Notes: generated by a model from the sequence alone, not told the origin. Positions 15,282-27,621 are shown, counted from the stretch's first letter. The stretch is 32,000 nucleotides of DNA from Alkanindiges illinoisensis DSM 15370 (GCF_000619845.1 NZ_JHUX01000010.1:1-32000); one strand, 5' to 3'. Numbers and translations: made by a program.

Positions 15282-17201
15282 CTATACAGTGCCTACAAGT
15301 GTTTGCATAAAGCGCTGCACATCACGGCTAATGCCATCTGCATTGAGGCCACATTCTGCCAGCATTTGCGGGTGCGTGGCCTGATGCAAGAAAGCATCGG
15401 GCAGGCCAAGGTTCAGCACAGGCTTAAGAATATGTTGTGCTTGCAGGCTTTCATTTACCGCACTGCCAGCACCACCCATGATGGCATGTTCCTCAATGGT
15501 GATAAATGCATTTACTTGAGCAGACAAACGTGCCAGCAGTTGCTGATCCAGCGGCTTGATAAAGCGCATGTTGACCACAGTTACGCCAAGCTGTGGACGG
15601 GCCAGTTGCTCAGCGGCTTGAAGTGCTGGCGCTACCATGCTGCCAAAGGCCAGTAAGGCAATCTGCTGGCTGGCGTCTGTATGGTGTTGCGCCACAATTT
15701 CAGCCTTGCCAATTTCCAGCGTGGTAAATTCGCTCGCAATATGGCTGCCCGGCCCTGTTCCGCGTGGATAGCGTACGGCAGCTGGTCCCGGATACTGATA
15801 CGCCGTATGCAGCATCTGGCGGCATTCGTTTTCATCCTTGGGCGCCATCAGGATCAGGTGCGGAATGGTGCGCATGTATGCATAGTCATAAGCACCCGCA
15901 TGAGTGGGGCCGTCTTCACCCACCAGCCCGGCACGATCAATGCCAAAGGTCACATCCAGATTTTGTAGCGCCACATCATGAATCAATTGATCGTAGCCGC
16001 GTTGCAAGAAGGTGGAGTAAATGGCTACCACCGGCTTTAGGCCTTCACAGGCCATGCCAGCTGCCAGCGTGACTGCATGCTGTTCGGCAATGGCCACATC
16101 AAAAAATCGCTCAGGATACTGGCTAGCAAACTGCACCATGCCGGAACCTTCACACATGGCTGGGGTAATGGCCAGCAAGCGGTCATCCAGCGCTGCCTGA
16201 TCACATAAAAACTGGCCAAATACGTCGGCATATTTTTGCGGTTTTGGCTGTTGTTGCGGTGCCTTGACAGGGCTTGTGGCCTGGCTGGTAATTTTGGTAA
16301 TGGCATGATAGCCAATCGGGTCTGCTTCAGCCGGGAGAAAGCCCTTGCCCTTGGTGGTATAGATATGCAGCAGGCGCGGACCTTTACGGTCTTTAAGCAA
16401 GGCCAGAATGCGAACCAGTTCTTTGAGGTTATGGCCATCAACCGGGCCAAAGTATTCAAAGCCAATCGCGCGAAATAAATTCTCGGCAGAATTATTACTG
16501 TTCACGCGCGGATTAAAGGTCCAGTTGGGATGCGGCTGAATGGACACTTCGCCATTATCGGCCAGATAAACCGATTGGCCCTGTTTCCATAAGGCACCCA
16601 GATGCTTGGCAAAACCACCCACACTGCCGGAAATGGACATATCGTTGTCATTGAGAACCACCAGTACATCAGCATTGTGCTGTACCGCATCATTCATGGC
16701 TTCAAAGGCCATGCCGGCAGTCATGGCACCATCACCCACCACGCAGGCCACCCGGCGATCATCCTTCTGATAGCGCAACGCCAGTGCCATGCCAAGGGCG
16801 GCAGAAATGGAAGTTGAGGAATGGCCTACCCCGAAGGTATCAAAAGCGGATTCTTCACGGGTTGGAAAGGCGGCCAGACCATCCTTGCTGCGAATGGTGG
16901 GCAGGGCTTCACGGCGGCCAGTGAGTACCTTATGCGCATAAGCCTGATGACCCACATCCCAGACCAGCCGGTCCTTGGGGGTATCCAGTGCGTGATGCAG
17001 GGCAATGGTGAGTTCCACTACACCCAGATTGGCACCAAAATGTCCGCCACTCTGGCCAGCGGCGTATAAAAGATAAAGACGTAACTCATCAGCCAGTTGT
17101 AGCAGTTGCGCGGTATCAAGCGTCTTTAACTGGCTTGGCTGGTCAATGCGATCCAGAAGCGGTGTAGCGGGACGAGCGGTTGGGATTGTGTCATACATCA
17201 T
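15282..17201 (-). CDS. dxs: 1-deoxy-D-xylulose-5-phosphate synthase
   Basis: 639 aa with [26 protein letters not shown], the TPP-binding [13 protein letters not shown] and [13 protein letters not shown]. Confidence 0.95.
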   Translation of the reverse strand: MMYDTIPTARPATPLLDRIDQPSQLKTLDTAQLLQLADELRLYLLYAAGQSGGHFGANLGVVELTIALHHALDTPKDRLVWDVGHQAYAHKVLTGRREALPTIRSKDGLAAFPTREESAFDTFGVGHSSTSISAALGMALALRYQKDDRRVACVVGDGAMTAGMAFEAMNDAVQHNADVLVVLNDNDMSISGSVGGFAKHLGALWKQGQSVYLADNGEVSIQPHPNWTFNPRVNSNNSAENLFRAIGFEYFGPVDGHNLKELVRILALLKDRKGPRLLHIYTTKGKGFLPAEADPIGYHAITKITSQATSPVKAPQQQPKPQKYADVFGQFLCDQAALDDRLLAITPAMCEGSGMVQFASQYPERFFDVAIAEQHAVTLAAGMACEGLKPVVAIYSTFLQRGYDQLIHDVALQNLDVTFGIDRAGLVGEDGPTHAGAYDYAYMRTIPHLILMAPKDENECRQMLHTAYQYPGPAAVRYPRGTGPGSHIASEFTTLEIGKAEIVAQHHTDASQQIALLAFGSMVAPALQAAEQLARPQLGVTVVNMRFIKPLDQQLLARLSAQVNAFITIEEHAIMGGAGSAVNESLQAQHILKPVLNLGLPDAFLHQATHPQMLAECGLNADGISRDVQRFMQTLVGTV

Positions 17202-17508
17202 GTGGCGATATACCTGCTAGCCTGGCATTCCTCAGCTGGGTTTAAGTGTCGATTGACTAAAATCGGCGTCTTGCGTCTAAGCTTGATGAGCAAAGCGAAT
17301 AGGCCACATTAGGCGCAAATCGTATCATTTGCTGCATCGATGTCCTAGTATTGTTGTCAGAAATTAGCATTAATTGCCTGTTAATTTAGCAGATTTTGTC
17401 ATTTAACCCGAGCAATATTTTGTACTGTTCCACTGAACTGGGGAAGTCAATCAACAATACGATGGCTGGTTTATCCGGCGCTTATTTTCGTTATACTAGT
17501 TCACCTCA

Positions 17509-18129
17509 ATGTTTGTGGATGAAAATGTAGTGCCCATACAATTTGTTGCCACCTCTAAACTCCCGACGGTGCATGGTGAATTTGATATTTCGGTGTTTGA
17601 AGACCCGGAAACCGGCGAGGAGCATGTGGCACTATCCAAAGGCCTGCTGCACCACCAGATTGGGGTACAGGCTGATGCAGTGTTGGTGCGTTTACATTCT
17701 GAATGCCTAACCGGCGATGCCTTTGCCTCACTGCGCTGTGATTGCGGCCCGCAGTTAAATGCCACCTTAAAAATGATTGAGGATGAGGGCCGTGGGGCCT
17801 TGCTGTATTTGCGTCAGGAAGGGCGCGGTATTGGCCTGCCCAACAAGATTCGCGCCTATGCCTTGCAGGATCAGGGACATGATACGGTGGACGCCAACCT
17901 GCTGCTTAACCTGCCCGCCGATGCCCGCACCTATGAAATGTGCAAGGTGATGCTGGATTATCTGGGGATTAGCAAGGTTAAACTGGTTACCAATAATCCG
18001 GCCAAGGTGGAAGCCTTGCAGCAACTGGGCATTAATGTCGTGCAGCGGGTGCCGCTTCAGGTGGGTAAAAATCCGTTTAATGAAGGCTATCTGGCGACCA
18101 AGCAGCAGCGTATGCGCCATTTGTTTTAA
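17509..18129 (+). CDS. ribA: GTP cyclohydrolase II
   Basis: 206 aa with [38 protein letters not shown] and [10 protein letters not shown]. It aligns closely with E. coli RibA. Confidence 0.9.
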   Translation: MFVDENVVPIQFVATSKLPTVHGEFDISVFEDPETGEEHVALSKGLLHHQIGVQADAVLVRLHSECLTGDAFASLRCDCGPQLNATLKMIEDEGRGALLYLRQEGRGIGLPNKIRAYALQDQGHDTVDANLLLNLPADARTYEMCKVMLDYLGISKVKLVTNNPAKVEALQQLGINVVQRVPLQVGKNPFNEGYLATKQQRMRHLF

Positions 18130-18203
18130 CGGTTGATGAAGCCAAAGCAGCGTACCGTTTGCCCATCTTTTATTTAATGCAACAGGTAAATAAATAAGCG
18201 TAA

Positions 18204-19277
<1,074 letters not shown>

Positions 19278-19333
19278 TCGCTAAGGTATTATATTTAAAG
19301 CATTGCAATAATAGTCAAAATGCCAAAGCCCAT

Positions 19334-19362
19334 AAAAAACCTCGCCAGTGACGAGGTTTTTT
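19334..19362. terminator. Bidirectional rho-independent terminator (hemF / OmpA-family gene)
   Basis: AAAAAACCTCG-CCAGTGA-CGAGGTTTTTT. Confidence 0.6.
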
Positions 19363-19391
19363 ATCAAAAAGAATATTGTGCAAAAATACTG

Positions 19392-20936
19392 TTAAGTACC
19401 GGCCTGTTCAGCAGTGGTGGTCACCGCAGTTGATTCATCTACCTGTTCAGTAATGCCTGTCTGGGTATCTACCACCTTGAACTCGATGCGGCGGTTACGG
19501 AACTTGCCTTGCTCGGTGACATTGTCAGCAACCGGATTTTCCGGGCCATAACCTCTGGCACTCAGCTTGCTGGCAGTAACGCCCTGGCTAACCAGATAAT
19601 CCACCACAGCATGCGCGCGCTGTTCCGACAAGCGCTTGTTATATACCGCATCACCGGTAGAATCAGTATAGCCTTCTACCATCAGCACAATATCCGGTGA
19701 TTGTTTCATCAGTGTTGCTGCAATGTCCAGAATGGATTTGTTGGCATCTGGAATCACCGCAGAATCACTGGCAAAGTTAATGATTTGCAAGTTAAGGGCA
19801 CGGGCAACATCCTCGGCTTGTGCCGGATTGGGCAGGTTATTTAAGGCTGTGCGTGCTGCTTCAATACTGCTGTTCACAGACTGGTCAACATCCAGTGGGG
19901 TAATGGCAGCCACACCCAGTTCCGGTGCAATCGCCTTGATCTGGTCAACCAGCTGGTTAATAGTCGCGGTATCGGGTGCATTAATAACGAGTTGATTGCC
20001 ACTCCAGGTCAAACTGGCATTCGGGTAAGGCTTAACCAATTTTAAGATGGTTTCTATCTTGTCCTGTCCGGGCAGTGCACTGCTATAAGCCGGATTGACC
20101 TGACTATTACAGGCATACTGACTGCCAAACACATTACGAATGGCTGTATTAAGCATGCTATTGAGGGATGCGTCGCCAACACTGGAATTACAGGCTAGCA
20201 GGTTATTGCTGCTGCCTACAGTCAGGTTAATGCTTGCCGGATAACCGCTACTGCTGGTGTTACTGGTTGTAGGGGTTGTGGTGGTGACAGAGGGTGGGAC
20301 TTCATCACGCTGGCAGGCACGCAGCAAGAGCAAGGCCAGCAATAACAGCGCGGCCAGGCCCAGCCACCAGGGCAACTGGTCCCTAAAGGTTTTGGCACCA
20401 GTTTCAACCGGCATGTGATGTGCCGTTTCAATGTCGGAGACAGGCGCGACTGCCGGAATATCGGCTTCTGGCTTAAACAGGCCAGCCAGACCCAGACTGC
20501 CCAGCACCGCAATCGACCAGGCTGGAATGCTGCTGACAATGATGGGCAGGTAGGTTTGCAGATAGTCCACCACATTGGCTGGTGCAATGTCAGCCTGTAA
20601 TGCCTGTGCACTCAAGGGTGTTGCCTGATCCAGCAGCGGGGCAATGGTTTCTACGGGCAAATTATGATGTCTTGAAAACTCTTCCAGCAACTGATGAAAG
20701 GAGGCACTGGTGGCTTGCTGCGGGAACACATCAGCAAATAGCGCATTGAGATGTTCCAGTGCAAAGTCAAAGGCATGGGGCTGATAGGCAAATATTCCCA
20801 GCAGGATAGGATAAAACTGGTCCAGCAGTGCAGACTTGCTATTAAACTGATGCTGACTGGCATCAGTAATTGGATCAGGCTGAATGATTTGCGGGGTTAC
20901 CCGTTCCCTCAGCAGGTCAATTGGATTAATCGCCAT
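19392..20936 (-). CDS. OmpA-family (peptidoglycan-binding) protein with a long N-terminal region
   Basis: 514 aa. The C-terminal OmpA-like domain reads INFASDSAVI...VEGYTDSTGDAVYNKRLSEQRAHAVVDYL...RNRRIEF. A central hydrophobic segment and a Thr/Ser-rich linker precede it. Confidence 0.8.
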   Translation of the reverse strand: MAINPIDLLRERVTPQIIQPDPITDASQHQFNSKSALLDQFYPILLGIFAYQPHAFDFALEHLNALFADVFPQQATSASFHQLLEEFSRHHNLPVETIAPLLDQATPLSAQALQADIAPANVVDYLQTYLPIIVSSIPAWSIAVLGSLGLAGLFKPEADIPAVAPVSDIETAHHMPVETGAKTFRDQLPWWLGLAALLLLALLLLRACQRDEVPPSVTTTTPTTSNTSSSGYPASINLTVGSSNNLLACNSSVGDASLNSMLNTAIRNVFGSQYACNSQVNPAYSSALPGQDKIETILKLVKPYPNASLTWSGNQLVINAPDTATINQLVDQIKAIAPELGVAAITPLDVDQSVNSSIEAARTALNNLPNPAQAEDVARALNLQIINFASDSAVIPDANKSILDIAATLMKQSPDIVLMVEGYTDSTGDAVYNKRLSEQRAHAVVDYLVSQGVTASKLSARGYGPENPVADNVTEQGKFRNRRIEFKVVDTQTGITEQVDESTAVTTTAEQAGT

Positions 20937-21240
20937 TTGTTATTCTCCAGTAGTAGGCGGCCAGATTACAGTTGGGTTTATGGCCAACCCTGTTCTTGTC
21001 AGGTTCTTTCTCAGGCGCTACAGCATTAGCCTGCATGCCAGCACTCACACAGGCAAGCGGACTAGGTTGCCAGCCGGCTTGCACTCATGTTTTGATCATG
21101 CAATATTTTGATAAATTTATAATTATGTGTTTTTGTTTAAATTGTGAGCTTTTCTAATCTACAGGTAAAAAGTGTAACAATAGGAGTTATTCTTGGTGAG
21201 GATAGGGGAAAGCCTATTAAAGCGTTGAATTACTTACATA

Positions 21241-21273
21241 GCATCCAGCAAATTTTAGAGTATTGCTGGATGC
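21241..21273. terminator. Stem-loop downstream of the nitronate monooxygenase gene (possible terminator)
   Basis: Perfect 11-bp stem (GCATCCAGCAA / TTGCTGGATGC) with an 11-nt loop. There is no clear U-tract on either strand. Confidence 0.35.
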
Positions 21274-21319
21274 CAAGCGGCTTTACGGTATAAAGATTTT
21301 TAAAATGATTACTTGACAG

Positions 21320-22357
21320 CTAATTCATTAGGGTCTGATTCACATGGTGGCTTTGCTGATGGGCTTCTTCAATAATGCGCTGAATTAATACCTGTGCTGT
21401 TGGAATGTCATGGATCAGGCCTTGTGACTGTCCAATAAACTGCATGCCGGTTTTTAAATCACCCTGTTCGGTAGCAGCCTTGAGCCGTGGCGTGGCAGCA
21501 CCAAAACAGGCCAGCAAGCGCACTTTGGTTGGCTCTACCACCAGACCTGCCATAATCTTCCATAGCGAAATATTTAGCTGTCGTGCAGCCAGCATTGCTT
21601 GCCATGCCGCCACAAAAAAATTCATGGGCTTGCGGGTCAGGCGCTGTGCCGTTGGTGTTTGCATATAGCGGGCAGGCAGACCATCAAAATTGGAGGAGTA
21701 AATGGTGGCATGCTGATCCTTGTCCAGCACTGCCTGTTTGGTATGCTGGTGTACCGGGCTTTCAAGGCAAGTGGCAAAGCGCGAACCCATGGCAATACCA
21801 GATGCACCCAGTGCCAAGGCCGCCAGCAAGCCACGTCCATCGGCAAAGCCACCACAGGCAATGACCGGAACTTTTAGCGCATCAACCAGCGCAGGCACCA
21901 GTACCAGTGAAGTCACATCGCCGCCATGCGCCGCAGCTTCATGTCCGGTTGCCATGATGGCATCCGCGCCCTGTGCTTCGGCAGCCAGTGCGTGCCTGGC
22001 GGTAGTGACTGTTGCAATGACCTTGCCGCCATAGGCATGGCAGCGCTCGATCAGCCAGTCGCCCTTGCCCAGTGAAAAGTTAATCACCGGCACTTGCAAC
22101 TCCAGCGCCACTTCCGCATTTTCCTTGGCGCCGGGCATCAGCAAGGTACAGCCCACGCCAAATGGCTTGTCAGTCAGGCTGCGAATTTTCAGAATGGCCG
22201 CGCGGGTTTGCTCAGGGCTTAAAGGCCCCAGTGCCAGCACGCCCAAACCCCCGGCATTGCTGACAGCTGCCACCAATTCTGGTGTGGAAATCCAGCTCAT
22301 GCCTGATAAAACAAGCGGATACTCAATACCCAATAATGTGGTTAAACGGGTTTGCAT
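21320..22357 (-). CDS. Nitronate monooxygenase (NMO / 2-nitropropane dioxygenase family)
   Basis: 345 aa, FMN TIM-barrel NMO family (GIEYPLVLSGMSWISTPELVAAVSNAGGLGVL, EAAAHGG, IACGGFADGRG). Confidence 0.85.
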   Translation of the reverse strand: MQTRLTTLLGIEYPLVLSGMSWISTPELVAAVSNAGGLGVLALGPLSPEQTRAAILKIRSLTDKPFGVGCTLLMPGAKENAEVALELQVPVINFSLGKGDWLIERCHAYGGKVIATVTTARHALAAEAQGADAIMATGHEAAAHGGDVTSLVLVPALVDALKVPVIACGGFADGRGLLAALALGASGIAMGSRFATCLESPVHQHTKQAVLDKDQHATIYSSNFDGLPARYMQTPTAQRLTRKPMNFFVAAWQAMLAARQLNISLWKIMAGLVVEPTKVRLLACFGAATPRLKAATEQGDLKTGMQFIGQSQGLIHDIPTAQVLIQRIIEEAHQQSHHVNQTLMN

Positions 22358-22479
22358 GCTAAATTTCCTAAAATACCAACAACCTAAATTATCAACAATT
22401 GCTACCGGCCAAAAATAAAAAGCACTACAGTCACGGTATAATTAAAACTATTATAGCCAATTTAGCCTAGAGAAAGATC

Positions 22480-22983
22480 ATGTCACGTGTTGCCCGTTAC
22501 CATGCTGACCGCACCAACCAGAAACTGTATTTTGCACGACTGGCCTGCCAGCAAGCGGAGCAAACCGATAAAGTACAGCAGGGACAGGGCGCACGCGAAT
22601 CTGCCGTGTTCCATTTGCAGGGCGCAGTGCTGGCTTTTTTACAGGAACTGGCACGCTATTACCGGCTGGACGACCCACGACCAACCCTAAAAAGCATTAA
22701 GGAAAAAATGGCTGCGCGTGAGCAGGTGTCCCCAGAAATCAGTATTCTGGAGCAATTGTCGCAGCAGGGCTTTCTGGCCGAACTAAACCGTGCTTATGCC
22801 TTTTGCCAGTATGCCCCGGAACCTCCGGCACCAGCGCCGGAAGAAGAAAGCTCCTCTATGCTGATCATTAAGGTCACGCAAAGCCCGCAAGCCTGGTTAC
22901 CGGATGTGCAAATCCTGCGAGAATGGCATCGTGAATTATTGCAACTCATTGAAGGTTTTCGTGATGAAATGGTAGAGTTTTAG
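22480..22983 (+). CDS. Conserved hypothetical protein (167 aa)
   Basis: Backbone GC, intact ORF. It resembles a conserved Pseudomonadales DUF family as I recall, but I can assign no function. Confidence 0.65.
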   Translation: MSRVARYHADRTNQKLYFARLACQQAEQTDKVQQGQGARESAVFHLQGAVLAFLQELARYYRLDDPRPTLKSIKEKMAAREQVSPEISILEQLSQQGFLAELNRAYAFCQYAPEPPAPAPEEESSSMLIIKVTQSPQAWLPDVQILREWHRELLQLIEGFRDEMVEF

Positions 22984-23179
22984 GCAGTTTTTTATAAAAA
23001 AGCCGCTTTAGCCCTTGAAAAAAGCTGTCATTGGTCGCATTTTAATTAAAGTAAAAGATGTCAAATTTGTTTTCAGGGTTGTCATTATTTAACCTTAAAC
23101 TGATTGCCTAAAGCCAATTTGATAGCGTTTCGCACCAGCGCGATAGATGATCGCGACTGTAGTATTGGTGGAGAAGACA

Positions 23180-23461
23180 ATGGCTTCAATTGAAAAAATT
23201 AAAGAATTACTGAAATCAACCGAAACCGTGCTGGAACTAGTGCAACAGGCCAACGGTGAGCTGGTGCTGCGTCCTTCTGGTAGCGACAGTGAACCACTGG
23301 TGAGTATCAAGTTTTCTGATCAGGTTCAGGCGGTCTTGGGCGATAATGCACAGGCATTGGGTCAGCATATGATTCAGTCGGCCATTTACATGATGATGGA
23401 GCAGCAGTCTGCACGCTGGCATGCCGAAGTGTTTGATGTTGAGCCTGCCCACTATAGTTAA
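23180..23461 (+). CDS. Hypothetical protein (93 aa from Met 23180; the ORF opens at 23147)
   Basis: Backbone GC. A strong terminator follows. I recognise no family. Confidence 0.55.
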   Translation: MASIEKIKELLKSTETVLELVQQANGELVLRPSGSDSEPLVSIKFSDQVQAVLGDNAQALGQHMIQSAIYMMMEQQSARWHAEVFDVEPAHYS

Positions 23462-23557
23462 TGCGTTGGTCTGCTAGCTTGGCGGGTTTTGTAAGCAATC
23501 CAGTATAGCTAGCGCTTGATTCAGTAGATGTTTAACCGGCTAATGTATATTTGAACC

Positions 23558-23592
23558 AAAAAGAGCGCAACTTTAATTGTTGCGCTCTTTTT
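23558..23592. terminator. Bidirectional rho-independent terminator
   Basis: AAAAAGAGCGCAAC-TTTAATT-GTTGCGCTCTTTTTT: a 10-bp GC-rich stem flanked by A and T tracts. Confidence 0.75.
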
Positions 23593-23617
23593 TATGTGTA
23601 TTTAAGCAAGTTTTTAA

Positions 23618-25354
23618 TTAATGAGCAGTTTTGGGCGCGGCTTCCCGTTCATCAAAACCCATTTGTACCAGAATATGATGAGTCATATTGCTGGCCATTT
23701 CGGACTTGGCGTAATACACGCGGCCAATATTTTCCTGCTCCAGTACCCGCGCTTCCTCAATGCTTTCGGCACACAGCATGATTTCAATACCGGGATTAAG
23801 CTGGCGCGCAATTTCAGCCATACGACGCACGTACAAGATATCCATGGGGGATACCACCAGCATTCGTGCATGCATGATATGCGCCTGAATCAGTACGGCA
23901 GGCTCGGTGGCATTACCTGATACGGCAGCAATGCCTTTGTTACGCAGATTTTCAACAATTTCGCGGTTTTCCTCGGCAATCACCACGCGGATGTTTTGTT
24001 GCTGCAATGATCTGGCAATGCGGCGGCCCACTTCACCATAGCCCACCATCACCACCTGATTTTTCAGGTAAGACTGATCCACTTCATCCGGCAGCATGGC
24101 CAGCGGATCGGCACTGCGCTCCAGCAGGCGTGCCAGATGTGAGCGTTCGCGAATCCAGCGCTGTACCGGTTCAATGGCGGTAAACATGAACGAGTTTAAG
24201 GTAATGGAAATGAGTGCCCCGGCCAGAATCAGGTTTTGCGCTTCAGGCGTAATCAGCTTTAAGGATAGGCCCAGCGTCGCCAGAATAAAGGAAAACTCGC
24301 CAATTTGCGCCAGACTGGCACCCACAGTGAGTGCCGTATTGAGCGGATAGCGGAAAAACAGCACCAGTGCCATGGCAGCCAGCGTTTTACCCAGCATGAT
24401 GATGGCAACCACGCCCAGAATTTGTAAGGGCTGCTCCACAATAATGCTGGGATTAAACAGCATGCCCACCGATACAAAAAACAGGATGGAAAAAATTTCA
24501 CGCAGCGGCAGGGTTTCTTCTTCTGCACGATGGCTAAAGTCGGATTCCTTAACCACCATCCCCGCAAAGAAAGCGCCCAGTGCCATCGACACGCCAAACA
24601 GCACATACGAGCCATAGGCAATGGTCACGGCTGATGCCACGACGGTTAGGGTAAATAACTCACGTGAGCCAATCCGCGCCACCAGCAGCATGATTTTGGG
24701 AATCAGCCGCTTGCCAACAATCAGCATAAAGGCAATAAATGCCGATACTTTTAGCAGGGTTAATAACAATGTGAACCAGATATTCTGGTCGGTAGCTGCA
24801 TGCCCATCCTGCACGGGCGCTTCACCACCCAGCAGGGTAGCGGTTGCAGGCAGCAAAACCAGTACCAGCACCATGACCAGATCTTCAACCAGCAGCCAGC
24901 CCACCGCAATCTTGCCATTTACCGAATCCAGCAGGCCCCGGTCGCCCAGTGCACGCAGCAACACTACCGTACTGGCACACGACAAACTCAAGCCAAACAC
25001 CAGTGCCGCGCCAAGGCTCCAGCCCCACCACATGGTCAGGCCAATGCCCATCAGGGTTGCCACCGCAATTTGCAACATGGCACCTGGCAGAGCAATCCGG
25101 CGTACCGCCAGTAAATCTGATAGGGAAAAGTGCATGCCGACGCCAAACATCAGGAACATCACGCCCAGCTCGGCAAGCTGGTTGGCCAGCGCCAGATCGC
25201 CCACCACACCGGGCGTGTTGGGGCTAATGATAATTCCAGCGATCAGGTAGCCGATCAAAGGGGGCAGACGCAAGCGTGCCGCCAGATAGCCAAACACCAG
25301 CGCCGTGCCAAAACCTACGGCCAGTAAAATAATCAGATCAACTTCATGCGGCAC
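23618..25354 (-). CDS. ybaL: Kef/YbaL-type monovalent cation:proton antiporter (CPA2) with a C-terminal TrkA-N (RCK) domain
   Basis: 578 aa with about 12 TM helices followed by a Rossmann-like VVMVGYGEVGRRIARSL segment. Confidence 0.9.
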   Translation of the reverse strand: MPHEVDLIILLAVGFGTALVFGYLAARLRLPPLIGYLIAGIIISPNTPGVVGDLALANQLAELGVMFLMFGVGMHFSLSDLLAVRRIALPGAMLQIAVATLMGIGLTMWWGWSLGAALVFGLSLSCASTVVLLRALGDRGLLDSVNGKIAVGWLLVEDLVMVLVLVLLPATATLLGGEAPVQDGHAATDQNIWFTLLLTLLKVSAFIAFMLIVGKRLIPKIMLLVARIGSRELFTLTVVASAVTIAYGSYVLFGVSMALGAFFAGMVVKESDFSHRAEEETLPLREIFSILFFVSVGMLFNPSIIVEQPLQILGVVAIIMLGKTLAAMALVLFFRYPLNTALTVGASLAQIGEFSFILATLGLSLKLITPEAQNLILAGALISITLNSFMFTAIEPVQRWIRERSHLARLLERSADPLAMLPDEVDQSYLKNQVVMVGYGEVGRRIARSLQQQNIRVVIAEENREIVENLRNKGIAAVSGNATEPAVLIQAHIMHARMLVVSPMDILYVRRMAEIARQLNPGIEIMLCAESIEEARVLEQENIGRVYYAKSEMASNMTHHILVQMGFDEREAAPKTAH

Positions 25355-25514
25355 CAGTTTCTCCCAAAAAAGACAGTCAGTAAAACGGCTTAAACCTATT
25401 ATAGAAATAGCAATAAATCGAAGTAACAGCGCTAATAGTCAGCGCTACTTTAAGATAGTAATCAATAGATGCAAAAATTGTGGCAAGACAGCAAAAATTA
25501 CCTGAAAAAAATGT

Positions 25515-25547
25515 AAAAAAAAACGGCTCAATATTGAACCGTTTTTT
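25515..25547 (-). terminator. Rho-independent terminator downstream of rpmB-rpmG
   Basis: AAAAAAAACGGCTC-AATATT-GAACCGTTTTTT: the stem has one mismatch, with A/T tracts on both sides. Confidence 0.6.
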
Positions 25548-25562
25548 ATCGCTAAAACCAGA

Positions 25563-25718
25563 TTATTTGATTTTAGCTTCTTTGAAAATCACGTGCTGAC
25601 GAATTTTCGGATCAAATTTTTTGATCTCCATTTTCTCAGGCATAGTACGTTTGTTTTTGGTGGTAGTGTAAAAGTAACCAGTACCAGCAGTAGACACGAG
25701 ACGAATCTTATCGCGCAT
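25563..25718 (-). CDS. rpmG: 50S ribosomal protein L33
   Basis: Found by hand translation (51 aa, below the ORF-track cutoff): [59 protein letters not shown] upstream. Confidence 0.95.
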   Translation of the reverse strand: MRDKIRLVSTAGTGYFYTTTKNKRTMPEKMEIKKFDPKIRQHVIFKEAKIK

Positions 25719-25730
25719 GACCAGGGCTCC

Positions 25731-25967
25731 TTAGATCTTTTGACCTTGAGCACGCAGGTCAGCAACAACCTTCTCAATGCCCAATTTGTCGATAATACGC
25801 ATACCTTTAGTGGTCAGGCGTAGGCGTACAAAACGCTTTTCGCTTTCTAACCAGAAACGGTGGTGATGCAGGTTCGGCTCGAACCGGCGTTTGGTTTTGT
25901 TGTTGGCGTGCGAGACGTTGTTGCCAACGACTGGACGCTTGCCGGTAACTTGGCAAACCTTAGACAT
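25731..25967 (-). CDS. rpmB: 50S ribosomal protein L28
   Basis: [39 protein letters not shown]... (78 aa). GGAG SD upstream of the Met at 25967. The ORF track extends 4 codons further upstream. Confidence 0.95.
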
Positions 25968-26037
25968 GGTAAACTCCATTGATCAGGCCACAATGTTAAC
26001 GGCCTTTCATATCAAAAAAGTGGTTGATTAAATTCAA

Positions 26038-26065
26038 GGGGCGTTTTATATCAAAAAAACGCCCC
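26038..26065 (-). terminator. Putative terminator downstream of the aldehyde dehydrogenase gene
   Basis: GGGGCGTTTT...AAAACGCCCC forms a 10-bp stem. It lies between the aldH stop and the rpmB promoter region. Confidence 0.5.
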
Positions 26066-26128
26066 AAACACAAGTCAAATGCCTATAAAAAGCGCTTTTA
26101 ATTGTGCAGCCCTTGCTGACAGTCAGGT

Positions 26129-27580
26129 TTAACGCAGCATGGTCTTGAACAGGATTTTATGAATTGGCTTACCGAATGGCGGCAGAATCATTTTGAGCGC
26201 GTAAAAACGCGGCTTAACCATGACTGAACGCGCATGGCTCATGTTATAAAAACCTTCTTCGCCATGGTACTTGCCCATGCCTGATGCACCAACGCCACCA
26301 AACGGCAGGTCATCCTGTGCAACGTGGGTTAGCACCTGATTAATGCCAAAATGGCCGGAATGGGTACGGCGCGCCATGTATTCGGCACGGTCGGCATCAT
26401 AGTCAAAATAGTACAACGCTAACGGACGCTGGCGGGCATTGATGTAGCTAATGGTTTCATCAATATCATCATATTCAATGATGGGCAGCACCGGGCCAAA
26501 AATTTCCTGCTGGCACAATTCCATGTCCGTGGTCACATTGGCAACCAGTGTAGGGGCAATCTTGCGCACGCTGCTGAGGTCTTCGTTGGCTGGATTAAAC
26601 TCAAAAAATTCAGCACCGTGTTCGCGTGCATTGTCCAGATAACCCTGAATGCGATTATACTGCTTGTCATTAATGATGCTGGTGTAATCCGGGTTGTTGC
26701 GCAGGGTTGGATACATGCTGGTGGCAAAATGGCGCATATGAGCCACAAACTCACGGGTACGACCACGCGGTATAAAAACATAGTCCGGTGCTACACAGGT
26801 TTGACCTGCATTCCAGAATTTGCCTGCAGAAAGGCGTTCGGCGGCATCCTTAAGTGACATGGACGGATGCACAATGGCTGGCGATTTACCACCCAGCTCC
26901 AAAATCACCGGAACCAGATTTTCAGCAGCGGCGGCCATCACGGTTTTGCCGACAGGAATAGAACCGGTAAACACAATCTGGTCAAACGGCAGGCGGCAGA
27001 AGGCATCGGAAATAGCACCGCCGCCGTTGATCACGGTCACCAGATCATTGGGGAATACTTCAGCCAGCGCGCGTTCCAGTACCTTGCCAAAGCTTTTGGA
27101 GGAGCTGGAGATTTTTAGCATGGCATGATTACCGGCAGCCAGTGCACAAACAAGTGGGCCTACGGATAGAACCAGTGGATAATTCCACGGTGCCATGATA
27201 CCAATCACACCCAGTGGCTGGTATTGTACCCACGCCTTGGCAGGTTGATGCAGGGCAGACACATGACGCTTGGAAGGTTTCATCCAGCTGGTCAGGTGCT
27301 TACTGTAATAGGTACACTGCTCAAGGCAGGTCATGATTTCGCCAATCTTGGTTTCATGGATGGAGCGATTGCCAAAATCTTCGGAAATGGCATTGGCAAT
27401 TTCGTCCTGATACTTCACCAATGTGCGGCGCAGGCGGGCAATACGCTCAATGCGCTCATGCGCCGAAGGCACCGGATTTTGTGAGTAGGCAGTTTTCTGG
27501 GCTGCCAGTGCATCGTGCATGCGTTGAATTTCAGGTGGCAATGTGCTTTGTACGCTGACAGGAGATGACAAGCTATTCAT
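26129..27580 (-). CDS. NAD(P)-dependent aldehyde dehydrogenase (coniferyl-aldehyde dehydrogenase-like)
   Basis: 483 aa, ALDH superfamily (FTGSIPVGKTVM, ELGGKSPAIV, catalytic GQTCVAPDY). Confidence 0.9.
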   Translation of the reverse strand: MNSLSSPVSVQSTLPPEIQRMHDALAAQKTAYSQNPVPSAHERIERIARLRRTLVKYQDEIANAISEDFGNRSIHETKIGEIMTCLEQCTYYSKHLTSWMKPSKRHVSALHQPAKAWVQYQPLGVIGIMAPWNYPLVLSVGPLVCALAAGNHAMLKISSSSKSFGKVLERALAEVFPNDLVTVINGGGAISDAFCRLPFDQIVFTGSIPVGKTVMAAAAENLVPVILELGGKSPAIVHPSMSLKDAAERLSAGKFWNAGQTCVAPDYVFIPRGRTREFVAHMRHFATSMYPTLRNNPDYTSIINDKQYNRIQGYLDNAREHGAEFFEFNPANEDLSSVRKIAPTLVANVTTDMELCQQEIFGPVLPIIEYDDIDETISYINARQRPLALYYFDYDADRAEYMARRTHSGHFGINQVLTHVAQDDLPFGGVGASGMGKYHGEEGFYNMSHARSVMVKPRFYALKMILPPFGKPIHKILFKTMLR

Positions 27581-27621
27581 AATAGGACATGAGGCCAGAT
27601 TTTATTTAAGATAAGTTGATT

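Noticed and set aside
15303-17069. Many 60-140 aa ORFs on both strands inside dxs, and similarly inside topA, kef, hemF, the OmpA-family gene, the NMO genes and aldH
   Set aside because: These are shadow ORFs typical of higher-GC coding regions. In each case the long ORF has unambiguous family motifs and the overlapping ones have none.
17202-17508. FMN riboswitch upstream of ribA or another leader RNA
   Set aside because: I could not find the conserved FMN-element core sequences or a convincing multi-stem structure by eye. A covariance-model scan (Rfam RF00050) would settle it.
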